64,000 nt of DNA from Lingula anatina (taxonomy: Eukaryota; Animalia; Brachiopoda). The notes beneath the pieces were generated by a model. That model saw only the letters and a program-made list of their open reading frames with translations, was not told the origin of the DNA and made no database searches. Positions 49,321 through 64,000 of this stretch are shown piece after piece (within the stretch, counting starts at the first letter, position 1; the number at the start of each line of letters is the position of its first letter). The position numbers and the translations under genes were made by a program. The stretch spans positions 17,568,534-17,632,533 of the forward strand of contig CM120644.1 in the NCBI GenBank assembly GCA_051362555.1, given 5' to 3'.

Positions 49321-50225
49321 CAGATCATTTCGTCAGAATTTAACTAGCCATCCGACTTAAGCCATTACAATTATTGAAGGCTTGCATGTCATTTCGAATT
49401 TTGCACTAGACTTAAAGAATATTCATTGAAATTGTTTGTCAGAAGACAAAGCCGGTTACTTCCGTCATTCATACTGGATCTAGAGGGCGTAGACTAATGT
49501 AAGTTTAGGGGTGTATCTTAGTTGCTGCTGGCCATTTTTGAAGGATAGAAACACTCCTAGGTACAGCCAGATCTAGGTGGGTCCTAATTTAAACCAGTAT
49601 GCAGTAGTGATCCGTTGAAACAATTCAGAAGTGACATTTTAATAGTATCTGAATGACACAGAAACCAGTGAATTCACAGGTTAATGAGTCATGTCTATTC
49701 GTCAGCAGTCTGTGGTGTTAAGTTTCCCCGACATTATTAAGTTTATTGTTTTACATCACTATGCTACCTTGGGTCCCCCCTCTCCCTTCCTTCCCCAGGG
49801 TATGCTTGCCAATAAATATGATAACAATGATAATAGTAACCTCTTAAAGGGTCATCCATTTTTATCATCATTTTCACTATTCAGAACATTGTGGTCTTCT
49901 GACCATCTTTCCCAGTCGTTTGAATTAGTTCTTAGAGCAAATATGGAATGCTTTGAATATTGCTCCTATCCCTATCATATATGGCATAGGCCCACTTGGC
50001 TCATTGAAATTGGCCGATAGATAGATGAGCTCATCCCAAAATTCTTATAATATTTTGTGCCATAGGTCTAAAAGCAAGATAGCATAAGGAAAAAAGGAAA
50101 TAATAATCCACCATTTGGTATGTCTTTGTCAGCCTGTTCATGTTTATGCATGGGAAGAATTAAAGTTGTTATGATTGACCTTTTTTACAGACCCATCAAA
50201 TACCATAGTCGAGAGACACAGTTAA

Positions 50226-53258
<3,033 letters not shown>

Positions 53259-56200
53259 CACAACACTTAGGAGCTAGAAATAATTAACAATTATAAAATG
53301 AAGATTTTCACCATCCAGTTATTGTTACTGGAAAACAATCATCATCGCTGGGACTTGGGGGAGATGAACCAAAGGGATATTTCTGTACGAAGACAGTCTG
53401 TTCACCTTTAAAACTTCCGATTTTGAGAATTTTCTTATCAATAACTGCGAATGGGGGGAACCTGTTTATAATATGTGGAGTGGCGTTAATCTTCTGAGGC
53501 AGTGAAAGGCCTTTTGTTGTTGTATTCTGCTTCCCTTTATCTCTTGTGGAAGTCCGCCGTGCATTGTATCAATATTATTATAAAAATGTGATCTCCCATA
53601 AGAGATACAGGATTGCAGAAAAGGGCACATAAAAGGGCAAAAAAAAAAAGAGACTGTGTCAGTCCATAAAAATGTAAAAGGGGAAATTCTTGTGAATAAG
53701 ATTAATAATTGGTGTTTTTTTTTTTTTTTTTCCCTTTTTTTTTTTTGTAATAAATGAGTCATTGGTCCATTGTTAGATATATGTACAATGTGCAGTTACT
53801 ATATATATATATGCTTAGATTGTGTAGTGCTATGAAGCGATTTATTCACCCCCCACATTAGAGTTATAATGATAGAAACAGAAATGTTGTTAAGCAAGTC
53901 GTATTAAAAGAAAAAAATGACACTGGTCAGACTAAAAGCGTGATCACTTCAAATTGACAAAATTATCATTACGATTGAGTTGAGGGTTCTTTTCAGTGCG
54001 TTCTGTGGTTAGGTATTGTAAACGTTTGTGAACAATTTTACGTCTCTCTCTCTCTCTCGGAGCATGTACTTTGCACATTTCTGTATCATTTTCAAATATT
54101 GCGAGATGGATATTGGGGTATTTGTGTGTAAATCTGTTTGGGAAGCGGGATGTGTAAACAAGAGAGGCCTTTTTCAAAGGCAACGTTTCTGTGGGATTCT
54201 TTGGCTTGGTTGTGTCTTACTGAACCCGTATTGGAGATTTCCAGCTTGCACAAAGGCAATCATTTCTGTTATCAAGCCTGGTGTTTTATAAATAAATTTG
54301 ATTTATATACACATACGCTGATCTGCCAGTCTGTCCCGTAACGTTAAAAGTGATCCACGTGGAAAACTTTCAATTTCATTTTAATTTTGTGCTATTTCAG
54401 AAGTCGTTGCAGTGTAAGATAATCTTGGGTCAACTTTATTTTTCAGTCGTGCTGCAAAATTGTATGTAGAGTAAAATATCTAAATTGGATCACTGGGAGT
54501 TGATTTTGTTCATTTTAACAGCATTTGCTTTTGAATCATTTGATGAGGTTGACTGAAAACTGTATGGTCTACTTAAAGAAAAATCACTGGGAGTCGAAGG
54601 GCAGTTCCGCCCACACACTCGAGTTGATGATCTAAGAACATTTGGTGTTGAAACAGAGCACCCCCCCCCCCCCCCCAAAAAAAAAAAAAATTGGGACCTT
54701 ATTGTCATGCCCCCCCCCCCCCCCTCTTATTTTAGGAGGGGTAGACTTTTACAACCTGTACCAAGAACACCTTCCAGTGTAAAAATGGACATCCCCTAAA
54801 TCTTCACTAAATTTAACAAGGAGAGGAAGTCAGAAAATAAATTACATCACTGTAGTTAGTGTTAGGAGTTTATGCTCTAGGAAGATTGCATGGCATTTAA
54901 ATGCAAACAAGTGTTTGCCAGCAGTTCGTTTCTAACAACTGATATGATATACAAAATAATTTTTAGAAAATTGGTTTCATTAGTGGAAAATAATGTGGAG
55001 AAACATTCCCTCACCTGGTCATTATTTCTAATGATCCCAATACAACCTTGAAATAATCACAAGAACAGTGGGAAATGACGATAGAAAGCTTCAATAACAA
55101 GAATGAGGTTAATTGCTTGCAGTTGTTGGAATTTGGAAGTGCACAATTTCACATTGTTAATGTCAGGTTCATTCCCTCAAAAATTAATGTCAGTGTCAGA
55201 CTTAAGTAATATTTGCATTACTGTTTTATAACACTACATTTGTAAGTACTATAGTACAAAATGTCAGAAGGGACAACTGAGAATTATTCAAAAATTTAAA
55301 AATGGTTTTATTCTGTACTGTGATTATTCCGACTATCAGTGGATTTTGGACCTTTTGGGAGCCAAAAGTATAATTTTTGAGAACAATGCAGGTGGTCCCC
55401 TGGACTCCAAGCCATATTTTCACGTTTATTTATTTATTATTATTTATTTATTTATTTTTTTTTTTTGCTAAATGGCAGTCTCATATCTGTCAATTGGACA
55501 GTTGGCATTAGAGGCCCTGATGTGCAATTTCCCTTCAAGTGGTTGTCTGAAAAGGGCTTCTTTAAATAGAACTAGGATGCGAATATCTACATTGCATCAT
55601 TCAGGATCTCAAAACTTGCACTCGTTTTTATGACTTTTATTGCCAGCAAGTACAACCTTTAAAAGTTATCTCACAATTCTTGATAAACACTTTGATACAG
55701 ATGGATATTCTCTTATAATCTAAAATTATGCTAGGTACATCTGAAGGTTACAGTGTTTAGACTTGTGTAAAAACGACTTTGGTAGTGCATCTTGTGTAAC
55801 TAGACGTAAATAGACTTCAAAATGAGGGATCAATATCCAGTACGAGAAATTATGTGACCTTCAAGTGTTTTCAGTTTCTTAGAGAATGTTTTCTTAGTCT
55901 GTTGAAGGGGAGGGGGGGGGGGGTCGAATGCAAAATTAGCTTATATACACATACAGAATATGCAAGTGATACAAAAATGTCTGTCAGTGCAAACCAAAGT
56001 TTCACTACTTGATATCATATGTATGCCCTTGAAAAAAATCTTCAAGTTATTGATTTTGTAAGATTGAGAGAAATAACACTACTTTTACAATTGATTGGCA
56101 ATTAGGTATTCGTACTTGAACTCTAAAACGGGGCAGAACCTAGATATCAAAAAGAGGTGTGATGCATTTGATCCAGCTGGTCCATACTTATCAAATAAAT

Positions 56201-56775
56201 AAATAGGTGAAAATAATTAAATTAATAAAACTAATTAAGGATTCTTTTTGAGAGCTCTGAAAAAAAAAAGGCTGTGAATGAACCTCCTTAACCTGCACCC
56301 CTAAATCCCCCCTCCCAAATAAATACAAATCTACGCAGTACAAAGTCTGACAATCTTGGCATGGGAGTAACGTAGAAAAATGTCATTAATTTAATGAAAC
56401 ACTCACTGCTGTGTACAAATTCTGTATATTATTAACAATAACATTAACATAAAACCAAATTTATGCAGCAACTTGCATAATGTACACCACCATGTCAAAA
56501 AGCTCTTTGCAAGATACTAGCCCAAACCTAGCAAAAATACTACTTGACCCATTGTTTTTTCTTTCATTTGTTGTGCAAATCAAGCATGTAAAAAAGTCAA
56601 GATCTTCACACACACTTGCACTGGTGCAACTTTGGCATGGATAAAACACTTTTTTGGATCTTATCTGCTGAACTGTTAAAAGTCCCTTCACTTTTGGTTC
56701 ACTTATTTCTTCCTTGTGGCCTGCTTCATAAACATCACGTATAAAAACTAAGTCGGCTATAATTTTCAACTTTTG

Positions 56776-59700
56776 CTATAGATCTGTTTGTTTTTTACTA
56801 TTTGTACTTATGGCATTTCCACCACTACTTCCACTTGTCCCCGTGTTCGAATTTCTCGGACGCGGCATGTCTAAACTATACGTGTCACTTACAGTCACAC
56901 TATCTATATCGATATCATCAAAGAAGTCAATATCCATATCGCTAATCGGTTCTGGCACAAAGTAATCCTCATCACTTGCCATTCCCGGGCGGTAGTTATC
57001 ATACTCCGATATATAGGCATCCGAACTGGAGTCATAGTTAATTGCAGGATCACTTCGCGACATTTCGCTACTGTTTAAGGATGATAAACTCAAATTAATG
57101 GCATTGTCACCAAAGATGGCGCGTACCTGAGACGGAGAGGGTAATTTGTGGTGGAGTTTGGGACTCAATCCAGGACTCGACGGAGCTGAGCTTTCGTGAT
57201 CGCTTGGGATGTAGTCAAGACTTCGACAGTGACGTGGTGGTAGCCCAACACGACCTCGTCGCTTGACTTGAAAAGATGGCGGTGCATGAAGAGGAGGGGG
57301 CGCTGCTGTAGCTCCTGATGATGACGATGATGATGCAGCAGCTACACCTGCTGGGAAAAATGGTTTGGGACGTTCAGGACTGCCAACCCTATTTTTGTGA
57401 GCTTCTCTCCCTGACGCACCCTTTTGAGCTCTACACTTTTTATCTCGTGGGGCATTTTCCGTGGCCGGTGCCCCACCGACAGCACCTTGAGGAAAGTTGG
57501 ATCCTGTTGCAGCAGCACCATGGGGTAATCCCTGATATATTGGCTCCAGTGGCGCACCTGGGCGAGGTGGACGCACTGGCGGCAAGTTTGCATAGTCATG
57601 GCTACTGCTCTCTCCATCACTATCACTTTTATCAGCATCAGATGAATGATGTGTTAGGTGCGATACTGTGTTGGGCGTGACAAAGGGTTGTACATCACTG
57701 TCACTTTTTTCTCCATCTGATGGATAATCATAGAGTAAGTCCTTTGGTGGTGATGGGAGAGTAGGAGGAGATGAAGATGAACTGGACTGAAGTGGGTCTG
57801 TTGGGGACGCTCTCAACTTTGGCTCCCTCTTTTGAGATGAAGAACCTTGAATGAGTGGTGCACCTCCTCTCTGTGCACCATTGGAAGGGAAAATGACTGG
57901 GGTTTTGCTTGTTGCATTTGTTCCTGCTGTTGAAGAAACCACTGGCACTAACTTTCCTGCTGCTGTTTCAGGGCAGGATCTCTGCTTCTGCAGCTGAGGC
58001 TTGGTAGGCTTTGGTCTATGTGGTTGTAATGTGCGTGGCAAGGGTATCCCAGGGCTATCTCTCTCTGCTGGGTACTGCCATACTTGGGGCAACTCCACAA
58101 CGTCTAAACTCTCCTGGGATGTCCTCTGCCCATTGTTCATCATGCTTAATCTCCCAGCCCCTGGGGTATCAATGTGGGGGCTTGCCCTGCTGTAAGGTGT
58201 GGCACGACTGGCGCGTCCACTTCCTCCATCTGCTCCTCTGGGACTATCCCTATAAGGGGCGCTACTCCTGCTCCCTCTTCCTCCCTCATTACGACTTCCT
58301 CTCCCACCATCATTTCGACTTCCTCTTCCACCCCAGTCACCCTTGGGGCTGTCTCTGCACGGCCCCCCATTCCTGCTTCCCCTACCGCCCTCAAACCTGG
58401 GACTGTCCATCTGTTGCCCTCCTCGGCCCTCTTGGGGGATGGGCTGAAACAACTTAGGACTTGGCGAAGATGCCTGTAGTGACATGTTTCGTCCATCTAT
58501 GAATGCCAGTATAGGTGTGGTTGGAGAATTACTTTGACTGCTGTGACGTTCGTGTTGCTTAACTGCCTCCAAGGAAAGCTGAGGATAGCTGCGGTCGCGG
58601 GTAGGGATTTTTTCTGAAGGATGATGGGTGTTTATGATCCCAGAGCTGCTTAGTCTTTCAGAGGAGGATGCCTTTAAGGGGACAGCATGAAGTCTGGTGA
58701 CGCTTTCAGCCATGACAGGTGCTTCCTGTGCTTCAGTGTCCGACTCTCCCGAGGAGACATCCACAGTGTTGAGCAAGGAGGTCTCTTCAGGGTTGGTCTC
58801 AACTTTGTCAATGGGGACCTCTTCCTGTGGGGCTAACTCATAATCATTCCTCCCACTACGGCCTAAAATGAAGGACTGTGTTAGAGGAGTGAATTGTTCC
58901 TTCTGTGGCATATTATTGCCTTTCACATTCCTGAAGTGGTAGGCAGGCAGTTCAGGAGAGGTTGTTCGCGAGGTGTCGGGTTTTGGTGCAGGCAGAGAGG
59001 AGCCACTTGACTTCCGAAACTTGTTGATGTTTTCCTTGGAATCTGATCCAACGCCTGCCTGCAGCCGCCTCTTGCTCAAACTTCCCGTGGAGGGAGGGGA
59101 TGAAGGCGGATTACCAGATACTGATTCCACAGGTGGGGATGTCGCTGGTGTAGCACCATGATTGGGCAACTTTGCTGATACTGATGGAGATTCTTTAATT
59201 ACCTCAGAAAGGAGAGGAGTGCTTGACTGATAATTGGCCACTTCATGAAAGCTACTGGGCCGAGAATGACTTTGCAAAGCATGAGCTTTGGATCTCAACA
59301 AACTCTGCAAACTTTGCTTTGATTCAACAGAAGGTGGTCTCTCTTGCTTCTTCCCATCCCGATTACGAAAGCGACTGAGCAGTGGATTTCCTGTAGGTGT
59401 CACCGGTGGCGTGGGCAGTCCTACAGGCATGACTGGTGTGCTGCCCCCTGGTGGGGAGGTGTTCAATATGCCGTCATCTTTACGACCAAGAAGAAAGTAG
59501 GTCGTCATGATCCCCTTGCCTTTTACATTAATGGCACCACGGGTTTTGAAGTCATAATGGTTTTTCAGAGCTTGGAAAATATCCTCTGTAACCTGAATTG
59601 AAATAAATATTTTTTCTACAATTCCAAGGATGTAAACATCAATTAAAAAAATATATTGCGTGAACTGTACTTGATTTCTCAATAATTACTTAGACTACAT

Positions 59701-60505
59701 GGGTCCAATTATTAAATTTTAATACAATATCATTGGTGAGGATTGCCAAGAAAAATCCAGATTCATGTAAAAGCCACACGCTGATGCAAAACATAGGCTG
59801 TACATCAACTCAACATCAGTTTAAGGCAATCCTTTGATTGTTATGGCAGAAAGTTAACTAAAATTGAAGTTATATTATTGCCTATTTTTACAAAAAATAA
59901 AAGCATTCATTGCCAACCCACTTGTATGTGGTCCATTTCTCCAGTACTTTCCATTCTACTGGCAACATTGACTGTATTGCCCCAGATATCAAACTGGGGT
60001 TTCTTGGCACCTATAACCCCAGCTACTACAGGACCAACATTCACACCTAAAAGTTAAAGTGGTAATGTCAGTACTGTTTATATATACATATTATGTAAAT
60101 GTTATAATATATATATATGTTTTATATATATACACACACACATACATATTATAACATTTACATAAATGTGTTGTTATTGTAACTTCAGTTCAAACTTACA
60201 GGGGTGAGACTGTCATTTAGTGAAAAAGTCAGAAAATACGGCGTGGGGTCCAGGGGACCTCCTGGGCTAATGATATTTTTGGCTCCCAAACAGTCAGAAT
60301 CAGCCAGGATCTCATCCCTAAACTTACCAACTTTAAGCATAAAATTATTGTAGGAGTTTTCATTGATCACTTTGAGCTTATGTTTCAGATCAAAGATGAA
60401 CTCGACCAAGATGGTCAGGTTGGCTGTCACTGACTCTTCTGTGTCCTGCAATACATATAAACAAATGTCTGAAAAATTTTAACAAATACATCTATGTAAT
60501 GTATC

Positions 60506-60549
<44 letters not shown>

Positions 60550-61604
60550 ACGCGCGCATATGTGTGTTTGTGTGTGGAGGGGGATTAAGGGGCCTAGCTG
60601 CCATCCCCTACATGCATGTACCCCCTTTTCAAAATTAAAAATGTCAGATGTCACCCCATACATGTACATCCCCATCAGGTGAGAAACCCAATCCAAATTG
60701 TAACATTTTTTCAAACATTTTGTCATGTTAAAAACAGCCCAAATTTCTATTATTTCAAGAAAATCCCCTTCTCCCATCTTGTTGAAACTCCATCATTATG
60801 AACATAACATATGACCTTATAAATATGTATAAGAGAGAATATGTGCTGGTTTAAATATCTGTCTTCCAAAGCAGAGACTAGCTATTGTAAGCAACACTGT
60901 ACCTGAATGATAGAATCTGGCATAAGACCCACTGCGGCCATATAGGTGGAGCCAATAGTCTTGATCTTGTCCACAGCATAGAACTGAGGGTTGTGAAGGC
61001 ACTGGAAGATATATAGATATGTTTTTTTTTTATTTTATTTCTTATATCACAATAAATTAATAAATCTTGAGGGATTTGATGAAGGTGCTGGAATGTAGAC
61101 ATAATAGATGCATGTACATGTAGATTTTTATCAAATTCCAAATATGAGAATATGAATAAGGGCTTTGAAGGTTTCATGTACTTCAATACCACAAAAATTC
61201 CAACATAAGGCTCGTTGTGGTAACACAATACTATTTAAGACATAACTTTCTTAAAAAGTTATCATTATTATATTCTAAAACCTGATAAAGTCACCATAAA
61301 CAATCTGATCCAAGGCAGCTCACCTCATCAAAATCAAATATAATCTCATTCAGAACACGTAGACACTCTATTCCCTGGTTGTTTGCATCCAGTTCCATGT
61401 AAAACCCAGCAAAGTTTGGAATAGAGGCAAACATCACCCCCACTTTGGCATACTGTTGACTGTATAGCTCCTAAAATATAAGATTACATTAACATTGTAC
61501 TATAATTGTTATTAATTATCTGTGGAAACTGAATTAACTTAGATATTTGTCTGAAGGTATTTAAATAGGAGGCAACTGGCTGCTGCCTGAATTATTACCT
61601 GAGA

Positions 61605-61638
<34 letters not shown>

Positions 61639-63597
61639 AAGTGACATGTTAAGCATTATGAATGAATAGATCGTAACTTTACACGACAACTTATGTGACT
61701 GTCTGAAATATCTTAGCAGTTTGTGCATTTTTTGTGACAGGTTCACTCTGTATTTCAATGCTGGACAAACATTTCAACTAAATTTGTTAAAAGAAAAAAA
61801 ATGCTTAAATTTTGCTCCTATTTCATCTTATTTTTCGTACCATATTACTGGTGTATTTCTTGTCCAGGAAGTGTGCTGCCACATGAGCCGGGAGCAGATT
61901 ACACAGGATTCTACGGTTGTTATTCTGCAGCTCCGTCATTTCTATCTTTTCCTCGGTTGCCTGGAAATTGAATTGAAGACATAATATTTCAGCAGAAAAA
62001 CAGTGTTTAACTTTCCAGAGTGGTGCACATTCATGCATTTAATTCATTTTTAAATTTCAACTGGAAGTATGAATTCACTGTGCAGTACTAATGTCTGAAC
62101 TTTTTAAGACAACTATTTGTTTTTTATTACATTATGAGTATCCATTTCCCTTGAATCTCATTTATCCACTGTGGGTAAAAAAAAAGCAATGAAATAAAAT
62201 AAATAAACAAATAATGATCCAAGGCATGAAATATTTTTCTTTTATCTTCTATATACTAAAAGAAACAACTCATGTTTTTAACAAATCTTCAGTTTATTTT
62301 AGTGAGCTACCAAGGGTTTTTCATTAACTGAAGTATTTTAGACCAAATTTCATATTCAATCTCTGCAGTAAAACCGTCCTCTGGTATATGCAAGACAGCA
62401 GGTGGTTGTTTACCTGGGTTTTCCACAGGTAGTCCATCCTGTGTGTCCACTCATCTTGACGTCCGTGTACAAACAGGGCTAGAGCAAAGTGAATGAGGAC
62501 AATGACCCCAACTACATTGGTGGGAATATACTGCCTGGAATAGAGAATTTAACTGGGGATAATCAAGTACTGCAATTTCATGCAACATACATTATGGCAT
62601 TTGTACACTCTCATTTTACACTGAATTTACTTTTACAGTGTTATGCAAGAGTAGTCAGGCATATTGTTTGTGTGGTTTGTGGTTAATAAGCAACTACAAA
62701 CCTGTATAAAGATGACTTACATTGTATAATAAGAATATAATATGAGATATCTCACCCTGTGTCATCGTCATACTGATGAAATATCGATACGTGTGTAAAA
62801 TGCATCACAATACTAAATGTGGCCACCATTATAAGCAGCATGGCGAACTTCACCAGGGCGGAGAGGTTCAGAAATAATGCCACTGTCAGGAAACACATCA
62901 TGGCCGCCAGGTAGAAATATGGCGGCAACTCACAGTGGAGATGGTCGTCTGCTGCACTGATGATGGAGCGCTGGAGCTCCCCTGTGTGAATACCTCCTTC
63001 ACAGAAAAACTGGAAGGCAATTTCACTAAATTAAATATGTATTCTATCAATGTCACACTTGACCAGTGCATGCTGCACATACATATATGTGTTTACAAAC
63101 TATTTAACTAGTTCATGTACATTACACATCATGACAGTGATCGAATGAAGACAACTACAATTGTTACTTTTAAAATGTACCTCACTTCAGCAGACATAGT
63201 TTTTATGCTGTACTTACTATATTGACTTGAGCAGCTGCGTAAATGAGTATAATACTGACTATAATAACTGCAAGGCGAGCACGTGGCTTTTGACGGAGAT
63301 CAAATGGAATACACTGGAATATACATGTACATAGAATATAAAGAATTTTGCACATTATCCATGAGTATTCTGACTTGAGAACCATGTTGATGAAATTGCA
63401 AATTTTACAAATTGATCTGCTGATTGTCTATGTAATATGAAGGCTCCCACATGTTGCAAAAGTATGCAGGAATTTTATTTATTCATTTCAATTTTTTATA
63501 TCTGATTCTCACCTTAAGTTTGGCACCCAGGATGAGTATGAGCAGTATGGACAGCCACATGAATGTCAACAGGAATAATAGCAGCAGCATCAGGGTC
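56776..63597 (-). CDS. ADCY1: Transmembrane adenylyl cyclase, rutabaga/AC1 type (3' portion; the gene continues beyond the window)
   Basis: Exons 63597-63513, 63313-63218, 63009-62756, 62534-62414, 61960-61841, 61470-61324, 61001-60903, 60445-60328, 60046-59922, 59592-56776. C2 motifs [69 protein letters not shown]. The M2 segments and long C-tail resemble Drosophila rutabaga. The cyclase call is firm; the subtype is less certain. Confidence 0.88.
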
Positions 63598-63611
63598 CTG
63601 AAATAAATGAA

Positions 63612-63650
<39 letters not shown>

Positions 63651-64000
63651 ATGAGTGAACATAAATGAGTGGATGAACATGTATATATAGCATTAGTCAA
63701 ATCTTTATAGTATTACAATATACATGTATATCAGTCACCTTGTCACAAACTTCTAGAGAATTTGGACTAAAATATTTTAAGGACTATATAAATTAATTTT
63801 TGAAGTTTAAATTTACAATAGCATGTGGTTGTTCGAAGACAAGAACATAGAGGTACTTGTTATATTTTAAGCCAAGATGGTCTTACACTGAAGTACAACA
63901 ATAACAAGTCCAAGTCACCAAAAAGCCATCTTTTATTTTGCCACTCTCCAACATTCTCTCATGATCTCAACTACCACAATTGAGACTGGTGTCACAATAT

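Noticed and set aside
57318-59601. Several plus-strand and alternative-frame ORFs
   Set aside because: Shadows of the GC-richer adenylyl cyclase terminal exon.

Overview
AT-rich, intron-rich invertebrate animal genomic DNA (GT-AG spliceosomal genes, microsatellites, MITE and Helentron-like repeats); the species cannot be identified from sequence alone. From left to right: (1) a ~22 kb minus-strand gene for a secreted protein with a signal peptide, an RAKR furin-type site, a CAP/SCP domain and 28 tandem EGF-like modules, each on its own symmetric phase-1 exon (CLEC18-like arrangement). Its four CAP exons are bracketed by a ~2.3-2.7 kb inverted pair of Helentron-like elements. (2) A 3-exon GNAT acetyltransferase. 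(3) An intronless class A GPCR. (4) Three ARF1 paralogs: a near-canonical head-to-head pair on a bidirectional promoter, and an intact but divergent third copy lacking Gly2 and carrying a D26G P-loop change. (5) The 3' part of a rutabaga/ADCY1-type adenylyl cyclase with a ~900-aa low-complexity tail. All exon models were read by hand from splice sites and frame continuity; no expression data were available.
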